64,000 nucleotides of DNA, taken from the NCBI GenBank assembly GCA_965285935.1, contig OZ260664.1:18352001-18416000 (forward strand), given 5' to 3'. The notes under the pieces were generated by a model that did no database searches, had not been told where the DNA came from, and saw only the letters and a program-made list of their open reading frames with translations. A program made the translations under genes and the position numbers. The first letter of the stretch is position 1, and every line of letters starts with the position of its first letter. Positions 27,517 to 41,517 of the stretch are shown piece after piece. This DNA is from Ophelia neglecta (Eukaryota).

Positions 27517-30500
27517 CTTTACTCAACGGATCCGAACTGCGCAAAGATTTCGGTCACAGAGAGTGGTCGCCGGAGTCGGTGCTGCGGTGCGTCAACTATG
27601 ACGATAAGCAAACTTACCGGTTTGCATAAATGCGCGCGCACAGCCTATTACTTCTATTACTAGATTCCTTTCAAAGTGCATTCATTTTTATAAAGTTGAC
27701 TTCAAATGTGTTTATTGCTACAACATACTTAGTTTACAAGATACAAGTGACACCATTGCTACACCCAGCAAATGAATGTTTGACGTTTTTGTGGAACAAT
27801 CTACACGCCATTGTTTCGTTTGTTTGAAACTATTTGGTAGAACTCTTTCCTTTGAATTACACAAGTTATTTATAATCAAGTATTGAATTTTTATTCATAA
27901 AGATTACAATTGTAACTGCCATTTTATATTTGGCCATTAACTGAATTACATCTTTGGTAGCTGATTCTTATACTCCACCACAATATGCAGAACAACTAAA
28001 ATTCGACGTACAGTGTCTAAAAGTGCATTTGTTTAGTATGTTTTGCCTCATAACCGATGCAATCCACGCTTCATTTTATTTCTTTTTAACGGCGCCTTTC
28101 AGTTCTTGTCAACCTACTTCCCCAAAATACTGGCAGATTTGCATGTCAGACATTAAAACCACCGTACATTGTATTTGTTTTATTCTGTCCCGTTCTTCAC
28201 ATTGGGGTCGAATGAAATAACGAAATCATTTAACTTTCATCGTTACCAGAGAAAACACCTTAAAATGAAGAGACACATTAATATTTCTTTTTCTATAATA
28301 TTTTATCGTGACATTATATACATGTACTTTAACCGGAACAATAGTTTTCTAATTGCCCCAGTTAGACAATTGTCATTTTGTTTATTGGAACATTCAAATG
28401 CCAATAGACATTAAGGGGGTGTTGAAACCAAATATTTTGTTTTAAACCATATTCACCCCATATAACCCAATAGGGGCGACTTTACAAGTTGGAAAAGGCT
28501 GGGACAGCCTCCATGTAGATTGCATAAACTGGCGATCCATCCCGAAAAGCGATCACCGAAAAGAACCATGTTAGGTGGACTGTATAGTCCTGTTGGTGCC
28601 GTCACCCTTTGCCCTCCACCAGACACGCCTTCTCACACCAGCCCTCCATCTCTGCGTCCTAAGTACCGAATATTACAAGCACAGCAAGCAAAACTAGAAA
28701 AGAGTTTCTTCTATTGGAACGTTCATGCTTTTGATTTGATAACATTCCGGGCAACGTTTTCAAAGGAGTTAATAACTTCTTAGGGAGAGGGGGAATGCGT
28801 CATGGGGGCTGGGGAGAGTTGATGCCAGGTTTACTGCAGGGTGGGTATATGGCGTCCCCTTCTGGCCTTTAGGTGGGCGACGAACATGCTTGTTTGGGGG
28901 GTTCTCATTTTCAACATTAACCTCAGGTCAGGCTGCCTTGTCTGTATTGTGCTAACAGTGAGTATGTGCGATTGGTAAATCATTTTATTATTCTTGTACA
29001 ATAACATTGTCTATTTCGAATGTGTGCGGGGTATGTGTTTATGAGTATTAAGGTTCGTATCTACTTTGTGAATAACAGTTTGTATTTTTGTTAACTTACC
29101 CTTGTATAATTATATGTATTAATTGAGTATATATTTAGAAAATATATTGAACACTCGTAGGAAGTCATATATGTAAATGAGTGTATTTGGATTGTGAATA
29201 TGCATTGAATATGTTTATGTGATACATGAATGGTGTAAATGCGTCCAATTAATAGGGTGAAAATGTTTTTTTCTTGTTCTTAATTTATGTATACTAGTCA
29301 TTATATAATGCGTGCGCCCTGGGGCTGGAGTTCTTATCTTTTTTTAAACTACTACTGCATTCCACGAGATCTCTATACCACTGTATTTCACTAGATCTCC
29401 TTTTTCATATTGTATCAGTATTTAGTTACTAGTGATCTCGGATGTGATATCTGTTGAGCCTTTTGAAACTATAAGCAGTGTTTTTAGCTCAGACAGGTAA
29501 GGCCTGAAAGACAGTAGGTTTATGTCGAGGCCTGTTATGAGGCGCGTTGTCTTTTTCTATCAAACGAAAAAGATGCCACGGGGGTGCCGCAGTGGAGTCT
29601 CTTAACATCGTATTAACCAGTTTTTAAAATAATTGCACTCCGAAACGATTCCATCTCTGTTTCCATCTACTCATTTTATTGCTGCTTCACATTTGATGTG
29701 GTACAAGCGATACACATGACGTGATATGTAGGAACTCCCAGCATCCATTCAAGCAAATGTCCGAATTGTCGAAAAAGCGAAGGTTCGGAATAATATGACC
29801 AGCGCTGCACGAAGAACGCAGAGTTTTACGTCTACAAAATAAATAATACGCAAGCAATACAAAACAAAGTCGAATTAAAACCGCCCGCTCGCATCGACAG
29901 TACAAAAATGTTCCGACGAGAACCGGGGTTAAGTCTATACTATTTATTTCGGTCTTAAATTGCGCCATTAGGAAATGGGTCTTCCCATAATAGATATATA
30001 ATTATTATATTGATACTATAATAAAACTTTCAACACATCCAGTTTTGCAGAAACACCATTATCTTAAAAGCCTACATTATTAAAAAATAACAGATAATAA
30101 GTAGACAGTTGTGATCTTAAGAAGGAGAAAAAGTAGATCGGATTCATCAGAGTATCATCGAGTAAACTGGCTGGTGATATAAACCGCTTAGCTTTTATCG
30201 GATCTGTCTTTGTCAGGATCACTCTGAAACCAGCACCTGTCGGCCATCATTCAAATAAGTACCATTCTCACCGGCAGGCAGTATGACCCCATACAGACAT
30301 CATAAGGTATACTCCCTGCGTTACCCAAGGCAGATAGGTGGTTTGGTTAAATTGACAAAAAGAGCGAGCTATTTAGAAGAAGAGCAACCGATCTTCGCTC
30401 TAATGAGGCATCTGATGGACTAAGTAAAAATGACCTGATGTTAAATAATAGTTTATCTAATCAAGTATGCTTTGAATTAAAGCAGATAACCGGAGAAGAA

Positions 30501-30562
30501 ATATTGCACGTATAAATGCAAAGTTTAGTACACTTTGTATTTCATGCTTAAGATTAAACTAT

Positions 30563-33500
30563 TTAAAGTGGCGTTTCCAATCGTGTTAATGTCCCTTTGT
30601 TAGAAGGTAGTGTGTCAGTAGAAGCGGTCACACTGGATGTGTTCTTTCTCTCGTACTCGTCCCAAAGTCCCGCCACTACTTCTGATGCCGTTACATCCCC
30701 TCCTGACAATCGTACGTGTCGAGTGATGAGATAAGCATCTCCAGAAAAATTGGCCTTTGTAAACAACCTGTGCCAATGAAACAAAAGAATATGTAAACAA
30801 ACAAGCACAATTCCATTAAGACAAACTATATTATACATTACTTGCACAAATATGCTTCCAAAGAAAAAATCATCACCGCGTAGTTACCTATTTGCGCAGG
30901 CCGCTTCGGGTATACGACCCGTTGCAACTAATCTGTCTGTAACGTAGGCGTTTTTGATGGGCGAGACAAATACATCCATCGACCAGGTGATGGTCCCTAC
31001 ACAGGTGACACTACACACAAATATCAGCCACAGCCACAATCCAGCAAATACACTCTCGTAAAATTCACTGGAGTGAAAAAAAAACTATTTTATTTTCCCC
31101 TTGTTCAGTATACACCGAGTTCAAAGGTGAATGCAAAATGATAACCTACACATACAAAACGAACCACGCAGTTGAACTATAAGATAGATGTGTCTATTAT
31201 TTAAAGACAACGACAGACCTGATCACAACCTCACACTGTGCTGAGTAGTATTGTCTATTCTGTGAGAAATCGCAGGAGACACTTCTAGAGAATCCACGCA
31301 TGTCCGGAGGTAACGTGCCGTCAATATCTACATACAGAAGCAAGGAAACATATCGTCGAGGTTACTTATAAATATAGACTGACCAGAAATCCCGGTCGGA
31401 TGACGGAATGCTGGGCAAATTATTCAAATAAGTATATACGTAAGCCTCCCTTCCCCACTTCCTGTTAATGGCAGTTAGTTGGCGTTAGCGAACCGTCCGA
31501 CGGAGAGCAACTGCTTTTATCCGTTCGTGTCCGTTCGAATGAGTTTCCTGCCAGGGGAGGACCGTCAAGGTCCGTTTAATTCGGCGAAACGTTCGGTACG
31601 TACATATACAAAACGTGGAACGTACACCATCCGGGCAAAAGCGTCCCCTGGTTGTACGGTTGTTGTGCCTTAGGCATGCGTTTTGTTCGATACTCGTACA
31701 TTCCCTGTCTGTTGGTGTCCGTTACTAGTATGGTACAGTAGCCGTCATTGTCCATTACTTTGAGTGTGAGGTCATTGGGCGTTATATTCGCTCTATATCC
31801 AGTTTTCTTTTGTTCTTTTGAGACTCAGATTACACATAAGGTGTGAATTCATTAATTATACCAGCAAATGTAATTTTTTGCGAGTCCTTTGGGTGGAAAC
31901 TCACTGTACTATATTTACTAACCCCAACCCAAACCCTGGAGTCACCCGGGCTTGAGACACTAGCATTAAAAGTCCGTCGTCCTAGAAGTATATCGGAGAT
32001 TCAGTGTCATAATTCTGTTTTTTATGCCCCCGGTCGCAAAACACTGATTTTCTGACATAAACAGAGTCTTGTTGACCAAGGGATTTGAGTTGTGGAGGGA
32101 GGAGGGGGGGAGGGGAGGAGGGGGGGGGGCGGAGGGGGGGGGGGTTCAACCAGTGAATCAGTGGTGAAATGAAATAAATTGGTTTACCTATCATTATATT
32201 CTTTGTGAATATGGCTAATGGCCAACTCGGTTGCACCCGAGAGTCAAGAGGCGTGACCTTCAAAATGGCAGAAATGAAGGTCAGTTGGAGAATGGCGTTC
32301 AGGCAGTAGAGTAGTTTCACCACCAGGGCGCAGCTCGTTAAGAAATAATTACATCCACGAGACCTCATCAGTACCCTCTTCACGAGATATCTGCTTGGGG
32401 AAGAACACCTTTTTATAATCCTACACGCACATCAACTTCAATACAATACATTACACCAGTACGTGCTGTGGGTATTTTAAATGTTAAACATAGTGGTAAC
32501 ACCGTTAAATAAATGCAAATAAATCAACACACGTCATTTTAATTAAGAGTGCAGTAAACCCGCTTGCCGAATTGGCAATAATTTAAAGGTCATTCGAATT
32601 AAAGATAAAAAATTCAAGATTATTTTAAGCTAAATAGCCAAATAATATCAAAGGACCATTTCGAAATAAAATTTTACAACCATGCTATGACACAAACTGA
32701 GCCATCCCAGTTGGTTTATAGGAACTATTTTTGTGTACGATATTCTCTAAAATGTAGATGATTCTTTTATTGATTATGGTTAATATGACTGCTTGTTTAT
32801 TCCGAGAAAGAAAGTTTTCCAATGTTCGGTTATTAGCATTCCATAATGGAGCTTCGCTAAAAAAAACTATATAGGGATGAATGACGCGATTCCACTTTTC
32901 GTGTTATATTTTGCTAAGTTCATATTTTTCTCTCGTGGATGCATAATTCGCATGCTGATCAAATACAATGCTGTTTTCACCTGCCTTCAGCAGACGTTAT
33001 TGCGAAAAAAAATACTGATCATGTTTATGCGCCTCGTGACAATTGGATCGTATGCTTTCGCATCCTCAGAGAGGAAGTATGTGGTATAACTACTTACAAG
33101 GATACCATACGTATCGTATTGGCCAATCCCTAATACCTTACGTACCGTATTGAGCTATCCCGAAGGTTTCTGTCCTTCGACCCGGCTGCCGCTGTAGCCT
33201 TGGTGATATCATGGAGCGGGAGTCCACACAAAACCTATCAAGGCATAGCATATAATACTCAGGGTAGACTGACACATTATCTATGTTATTGGTTGGACAA
33301 ATAGGGAGATAATGATTAATAGTCAAATATCATGTATTGTTCGTAATCTGTGCACGCCAGTTGCAAAAAGACATAGGCCTAAATACAAAATTCAACAGAC
33401 TTCCTGAATATTATACTGTGGCGAAACGACAATGGTATATAATCCATTTGTTTATAGGATAAGTCATAAATATAACGGGTAAATGTATAGTTTGCCATTT

Positions 33501-34477
33501 GATTTGTGACATTAAAGTTAATATACTAATGCGGTTTTATCGGAAAAGGGCTTTTGACCTATATTTATGCTACAATCACATAATTTTACTGGGTCAAGCG
33601 TATTTAGTAAGACGATCTGGTTTATACGCGCGTTGCATTTGTGGTAAATCACCAACCGGATGTTGTACGTCTTCCAATATAGAAAACATATAATTTACAA
33701 ACGCCGTACGATAGCAATGGTTCAATTTTAATTTCTGATCAAATGATATCAGTGTTTAAGTCATGTTTGATGACGTACCAAGCTTAAATAAGTACGACAT
33801 GGCAGACTATGACTACAACAAAGGAGTTGCTACTGCTTGTAGCGGATCTATACTTAAGCTAGGAGGTCCCTTTGCATTGAAATATGCTCGCATCTAACCC
33901 ACACAAATAACATACTGTAAACAATATTAATAACGAATCCACCATTATTGTCTTAAAAGCATTAGTATTTATGTTTAAATAATAAAAAGTGCTTTATAAG
34001 CGGCAACTTACCTGAAGATATTGCCATATCAACAGGATTGACAGAAATATCAAGGCTTGTCCGACAATAATGACTCCCAAATAATGTCGATACGAATACA
34101 TATGGATATTACGATCATTCCTGGAGTACAGATGATTTCTCCAACATAGCTAGAGATGCAACATTAAACGTCCTTCTTAATAGTTATAATACATTGGTTG
34201 ATAAATATTAGAATGCAATAATGATGCTATTTGTCGGTTTATTATTAAGGATCACCTTTAAAATATCAATATCAAATATGATTACCCTTTCAGCGTATCT
34301 TATCAGAGTGATATTTGAGTTCGTTGCGGTGAAGCATGTTAGAGGGTTTGTCACCAGAGGCGCCACTGTGACTACAATGGCAGTAGTCAGTAGAATGATG
34401 ACAGTATAGTAGGAATTGAGGCGGTGAACAGAGTCGTCACCTGACGAGAAGAGGTTCATGCCTTCTTGGAGACCCAT
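30563..34477 (-). CDS. Innexin (pannexin/innexin family), highly divergent, about 371 aa
   Basis: Exons 34477-34286 (DDSVHRLNSYYTV TM1 ..PLTC), 34149-34012 (LCW..TM2 GQALIF..IW), 33234-33146 (CGLPL..), 32390-32188 (TM3 VKLLYCLNAILQ), 31327-31219 (FSRSVSCDF..QC), 31067-30888 (TM4 ESVFAGLWLW), 30767-30563 (D..L..R..G....EVVAGLW, TAA). 1116 nt, phases consistent, no stops; four TMs and 2+2 extracellular Cys in innexin order. Confidence 0.88.
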
Positions 34478-36684
34478 TTCATATCTATGAGGCTAGGGAG
34501 AAAAATACATTACAACAATGGAAATTATACAAATATACCAAGTATTCATGAATAACTGTTTACAGAATATTCAGTGCCAATGGAAGATTATAAGCCTCAC
34601 CTTCTGCTGTCTAAATAGCAATCATGCGTGTACCCGAGGTCACTCTGTGTGGTTAACCAATTATCTAGGCTGCGGGTGCGACAGTTGGGCACACTAATAT
34701 AGTTCGAAGAGTAATAACCTAAGCATATCGGAGCAGATCGTGTTGTGAACAAACCCAATCCCGGATGCTCGGTACATATGGCGGGACAGCACTTAGTTTG
34801 GATAGTTTGGATATCGATATAGCTAATAGTGCATGATGCTCGATATAACCCGGGATATGCCTATCTATATCATAAACAGCAATACTAGGCCTGTATTTGC
34901 ATATCGTTATATTTGATAGGGAACAGCCATTATATAAACATATATATGTAACTTCTCACCCCAGTGGTGGTTCCGAGTCGGCAGGTTGGCTAAATTGCAC
35001 TTGCCTCCCAGAGTGAAAATCTCCTATATTAAATATTTGAGTCACTTCATTGAGAGTTCACAGGAAAATATGTAAATTTGTTTTTCAATTGATCATGGTG
35101 CCAACATGTTTGAAATATCATAAACTTCAAGGCTTCCCTATCATTTTAGAGAATCAAGCCCCACTGTTCACAATAACAATAGTGTGTTATGAATTATACT
35201 GGTGTGCTGACCCCTGTTTAGCTGTAAGTTATTCTTAAGGCACCTCTTGCCTCTTGTATTTATTAGGAGTCGTGCCTGAAAATGCAACGTTTAATGGTTA
35301 CATCGATTAACATATTCTCCATTTTATCCATCAAAGTTATTGGGCTTATTAGTGCCTCTCATCAAGGGAATAAATCCCGGCAGACAAAGCCGTTCTCCAT
35401 TTACCTGGATGGGCCAAAGCCTGGGCGTTATTCTAGTATTCAGAAACTAGTGTTACATTACAGAAGATTTAAACACTGAACTTCTTACTTCGGATAACCA
35501 CACATACCAACTAGTTAATTCGTTGATATCCGTTTCCACAGTCTCTCATTCCAACTAGAATTACGAAATTGGTTGCAACCTTCTTTGATAGTCTAATTAA
35601 ATCTCAACGATGTGCCCTTTTCAGAAAATAAAGATAGCAATTATATTTATTTCAGCGTAAGCCTTACATCCAGGATCAAAAGTACTATTTTGCCCCAAAA
35701 ACTAGGAGGTGTTCTCAGGGTATATATTTGCATGCAGTGAGCATAATAAACATAGAACCATAAACAAATTAATTAAATTATCACAGGAATACAAGAGCCG
35801 GTTGTGTTATTTAGAGCTATGCAAACATGAGGTCATAGTTCAATTTCCCCTTTTTATTTTGTCCACAGTCGCAATATGTCAGTTTTGGGTACAAAGTAAA
35901 TAATTTAAATGCTTAATGTATTTACCATCAACAATAACTATTAGAGTCTAAATGCCAATTTTCAAAAGCCTAAGTCCAAATTATATGTATTCTTTGAGGC
36001 CGATATGTAACTAGTTTCCTCACATATAATCTTTCTGGATCTATCTAAAAAAAAACACTGAAATTATGATCATGCCCATTCAAGGGCAAATTAAACATTT
36101 GATTGAATAGATCAATGGATGTTTGATACTTGGATGGACCTCTTATATACTAATATTACTAATATTAACTAGATAAATTTATTTCAGGGACAAATTCCTA
36201 GGGCAGATGCCTAAAACTATCCTTGCATAAGTTGAGAACATTTCATTTGTACGAAGTATGCAGTCCAACTAAGTAACAACAAACGTGCTTGAATAAATGG
36301 GTAATAGGAAATTATTGAATTTATGGCCGAGATGGCTAGCACTCCATTTAATATATGATAAAAACTTGAAAGTCAAAAGTATTTCTGCAACCTTATTTTT
36401 GGGTTATAAAATGAAAATGAATATAAACGACTATCTAAGTTTTTATGCACAACATTTTTTAATTAATTGTGCGTCTAGACCTAAGGTGTCTTAGTTGTGG
36501 TTCATATGAAATTTATTTCAGCCGCACATATCTTTTTGCTGTCGCATCGTCTTTCGCCAAATTTAATTGCAATTTTATGGCAAACTGCTTCGGGCATGAA
36601 AGCAACATTATGAGCCTAAGATATTTTTATGCACAAGGACTAACTGACATACATTGCTTTGTGCAATACGGAAAATTGTGAATA

Positions 36685-36863
36685 CAGTGAAACCTGTGTT
36701 TGTGGTCACCTGGGTAACAAGGTCACCTGACCACTAAGGTAACAAAATAATACCCTGATCCACATTTATGCCTGTGTTCAATGACCTGCGTATTAAGGTC
36801 ACCTTCATAATGTGGTCAGTTTTTACCAGTCTCTTGACTGACCTGTTTAGACAGGTTTCACTG
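36685..36863. mobile_element. Tc1/mariner-type MITE (179 bp)
   Basis: Perfect 13-bp TIRs cagtgaaacctgt / acaggtttcactg flanked by TA on both sides (36683-36684, 36864-36865). Confidence 0.85.
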
Positions 36864-37612
36864 TATATGTATAACATGGAAGATCAATAGCGGCGTCGTA
36901 AATCTTCCTTAGGACGTCGTCTAAAGATTCTATTAAGAAAGCGCTATCTTGTGGTCTGGTAGGACATTCAAGACTGATAACGTCTTGATAGGAATTTAGG
37001 TAAATCATATATTATAATATGCATTTTAAGCTATTCTTGCCATGTTGGCCACTATAGTTGCTGCTCTACATTTTCAAATGACCCCAAATGATCAGATAGC
37101 TTTACAAATCCACCTGCGCTTACACCGCACCTGGTTGATCAGAAGACAGCTGATCGAAGAACGAAAAACGTACATATATATATGTGCGGCAATGTTATGT
37201 TTATTTCTTCGATCTCTACAGTTAGAACAGTATACAGTCAAGTAGAAAGCTAAAACTATACTATTTAATGAATATTTGAATAACAATACAAACGTATATA
37301 TCTAAAAGGGATGCCGTTATAAGCATTTGGCGAATATCCATGTTGAATTTCTATTTTTCTGTTTTGCATTCCACTTGATGACTACTGTTCATACTGGTTT
37401 CATTAGTCATCCGTCATTCAAGGTTAAGGTCAATCCTAAAAAATCAGAATGAACTACGTTTGTAAGTGCACATCAAAATTTAAAAATTTAATTAAAGTAC
37501 TAAACAAACTGTCTTCGCTAATATGTTTTTCAATGAAAACACTATTATAGGAGATTTTGAAAGAGTTTTCTTACTTGAACGTTTTGGCGTGTTTCCAAAT
37601 GTGCCTTTCTAG

Positions 37613-40600
37613 TTAAAGGAGATCCTTGAGAGCTTTTAGAAAGGCCTTCACGTCCAAAGACTTTGCAGCCCTACAAAAAATGTCACCACGGTACAAGTAT
37701 AAAGGATAGCTTTCGAAAGAACGAGGAGTAATGTTGGTTATGTCTATTATGCTCAACAAAATGGCTTTTCTGCCTTTTTCATGTAAGGGACGATACCACT
37801 GAGGGATAATAATATTTTACAATGTATCTATCTATTAAAAAATTGACACCAAGATAGCATGTTGGACATCAGTTAATATTTTAAGGTAAGAAGTGTATTC
37901 AGCTTGGCATTGAAACAAATTGCATATCATCTTATCAATTCTACAGAAATATAAAGCACAAAGTATGCCTACTTTGTAGAGACGGTTTTTGATTGGCCGC
38001 CTATTTTTGCACCACCGCTATCATAAACTTCCGTCTCCACCACATAGGACGTGCCCGGGTCCAAGTTATCGATGGACACAGCGTATTTATAGCCATTAAA
38101 TTGGCCCCAATTCACTGCCCACTCGGATCTCTCCAACTCGGACCAAGTTTTTCCGGTAAACAAAGCAACCCTCTATAAAAAAAAAGTACGTTCAGTTGGC
38201 AACATTTGTTTGAATCATAAAAAGGCATGAACACTTAAGTGTAAATTATGGCTACAGCCTAACTAGTAAATTGTAAAAACTAAAAGTGAAATACAAAAGG
38301 AATTGGCACGCCTAACTTGCAACAGGTGCCGTATACACACATACATACATGCCAACACTGGGGTTTTATTTGTGATGCAAACTTTATATTTGCTTTCTAC
38401 GGCAGTGCAATCTTATATGGTTGACATTAACATTGTTATAGGATAAAGTATATCGTGTCTAATTTACACTTGCGTGTTTCCAGTCTATGTCTCTCTCTTT
38501 TGGTAGAAATATTTATGCACCGACGAACAAGGTGTCAAACGTGCACCTTCCGAAATTATAGTTCAAGTGAGTATTTCATGACATACAACACGGCATGGTT
38601 ATCTTTAGAAATATTAAATATGTTTGATTTTGTTGAATTTTTGACATATGTGTTGAAAAACGTGGGCACACAAGTCGTTAATGAGCAGACCTAAGATAGG
38701 GTTGGAACATTACAATATACTAGCTTTAGACAGAAAAGCATATCACACATTCGCTAACACACCTTGTTGCACACAAAATACTATAGGAATTTGCCTAGTT
38801 CATTCCCAGTTTAAATATCGATAAAAAAAAGTACCGGCGTATTGTCAGACTTATAATACAGGGACATTGTGAAGCCAGCTCCCCAAGATGCATCTTTTTG
38901 TAAGAAGACAGCAATAGAATCGGAGTCAGAATCGGTCTGATAGATGTTACGATTGCTCATCTCTGGAAACAAAAACAAATGAATGTTTAATAAATTATGA
39001 GTAATGGCTTCATGCTGTATACTATACTGCAAGACGTTTATAATTTAAAAAAACGGACACGCGAAGATAGATACTCATTCATAAGACCAGCGCCTATACT
39101 CAATGGCTGCAGCAAATGCAAATTTCACAAACATAGCCGACATGCATTTTAGGTTTTGGGGATATTTTTTCCTATATCCTTAGATATAGAATTTTACCGG
39201 AATGTTTTAATCATTACACGTAAGGTTGATACTTATTAGTCCTAGGCATTAGTCATATTGATTCAGTGGCCTTTGACTCCCAGTTATAAGATCCCAATGT
39301 CTCCGGACACTTATATAGTCGCTCAGCGCTTTTGCACATGTGATAACAACAGGAAAATACTTTCTTATTCGAGAATATATTTCATATAAGCAGGTGGCAA
39401 GCAGCAGTGTAGACTGACAACTATTCGTTGATGTACCGAATCACCTCATCCATGACATACCGCGTTGCATGATATATATTTTGTGGGTGCATATGATTAA
39501 AAAAAAATATTGATATAAATGTGTGTTTACTGAACTTTCCATCGTTATTCATTCAATCTGACCGGTGTTGTGAACTAAGTAATATTCTAGTTTTAATCTT
39601 CCAGGCCTTGTACCATTCTTGATACAGCCTCGGGGACGTCATTGACCAGGCTGTGTTCTAGCTTATTGGTTTAACGGTATGAATGCATGGTTTAATCAAT
39701 TTATTTTGGTAGCATAGCTTAAAAGGTTTGACGGGCTGTTGTAGTTTTCATCCACACCTACGCAGATCTGATATAATGATTTTACCATGGGCTGTTTCGA
39801 TACGTTTTTTTTAAATGTATTACCTTTGGCCTTCAGTTTTTTGATAAGTTCTTCCAACTCTTTGTCCAAATATTTCTTCGTTCTGGAACAAATATATTAG
39901 GTTTCTCCTCAAAAATTAGTCAATAGTCAATTGCGGCACTTACAAAGGAAAACAGTCTGAAAGCTGGAAGCGAGCTTAAGCTAATAATTGAATCAATATT
40001 TTGTATTAAAATTAAGTTACCATGTACTTATAAATTACGACAAGAATTCACAGGTAGTGAGATAGTTTACATTATGCTGTGCGCATGCATGTCGGTGCAG
40101 TGTAAATGTTAGTTCAGAACTGCAATATAGTAAAGAGGCTTTCATCGGAAATAAAACGCTAAACTTGCTGAAACTTACAGAGGCGCCTTTGGAAGAACGA
40201 GACAAGTAAATATGTGGTATCCAATACATTTAGGTAATGAAATTAAACACAAAACAATGATTACTTTAGACATAAATTGCATCCCATGGCAAGGAAACAC
40301 TCACCCGGTAGTAGAAATTGTACGTGATTGGCCCCCAATACGGTTACCGGAGGAATCTTGGACGTTGGTGTACACTGTGTAAGCCGTTCCGGAGGACAGA
40401 CCATCAATGCTCACAGCATGGTTGTAGCCGTTGAGCTTCCCCCAATCCACGTTGTAATTCGCCAATTGAGCCCAAGTCTTACCCGAAAACACTTCTGTGG
40501 CCTGCAATATATTATATATTTTTTATTTTTGGTAAAACTAAATTCACTTTAGAATCAGAAAGCTACACTAAGCATCGTTGGAATGAATTAGAGCAAACTA

Positions 40601-41517
40601 GTTGAATACAATTACATTTCCAAACTTTTTAATGAGACAATGCGGACTTAAATGTTCATATAAATTACCTAACATTGTATTTTATACAGAATATTAAGAA
40701 AGTAAAATTTGTCATGGCCTTAAGACTTATAATTGTAAATTTTATATGGCCTTGTCAATATAAAGACCAGTACTATAACAGTCGCGCTCATAAACTCAAT
40801 GTGGAAGACAAGCAAGCAAAATTAACTCCTAAACAGTCTGGCAGAAAGCAATTTTTATATTCAATCGTAATGAAAAGCTTACTACTTCACTCAGAGGCAC
40901 AAAAGTAAAATTATTGTCTGGGCCTGTAATTATATATTAATAGATTTGTCGAGGGCGCAGTCTGTGGCTTACTATTATGAACTCTCAATTTTCATTGGAT
41001 TAAAATTGAAAAAACTACCTGAGCGTCAGCCGCATTAGCTTCTTTGTAATGGAGAGACATGACGAATCCATTCCCATTCCCGTCGCCCCAGCTTTTATCA
41101 AATTGTAGAGCAACGGCAATAGAGTCATCGTCCGAATCGGATTGGTAAATGTTACGACCAGTCATCCCTAAAAATGGTAAAAGAGCGTTCAAACACACAT
41201 GTTGTAAATACTGATTAAACATTTAATAAGAACGCAGCATCATGTAGGTTTATCGCCAAATAAAGTACTTCATATATAATACAAATAAAGCCTCTTTCAG
41301 TCAATTGATTGCTTATCATCATGACAAAACTAATATACAACACAACGCTATTTTGTCGTCGAACGTTAAAAACGATACCTCTTTCGCATAAGGTTAATAA
41401 AGAATGAAATATAATACCATCTTTCTTCAATTTGGCGATAACGTTTTTCAATGAATCTGCTGGTAAGGCCAGGACACTAGTTCCTAACAAGGCAACGAGG
41501 AAAACGGACTTCCACAT
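37613..41517 (-). CDS. Secreted protein with two divergent FN3-like domains (family member B, 2 repeats, about 296 aa)
   Basis: Exons 41517-41418 (MWKSVFLVALLGTSVLALPADSLKNVIAKLKKD), 41167-41019, 40501-40305, 39882-39824 (TKKYLDKELEELIKKLKAK), 38962-38835, 38172-37973, 37670-37613 (AAKSLDVKAFLKALKDLL*). 891 nt, all GT-AG, no stops. Confidence 0.88.

Noticed and set aside
31440-31800. tccgtt-rich, GC-richer intronic segment; similar GC islands at 29500-29970 and 47550-47900
   Set aside because: Probably repeat fragments, but no termini, target duplication or coding motif could be defined.
31982-32187. Proline-rich tail of the 133-aa ORF
   Set aside because: Read-through past the innexin donor at 32188 into a G/C homopolymer tract.
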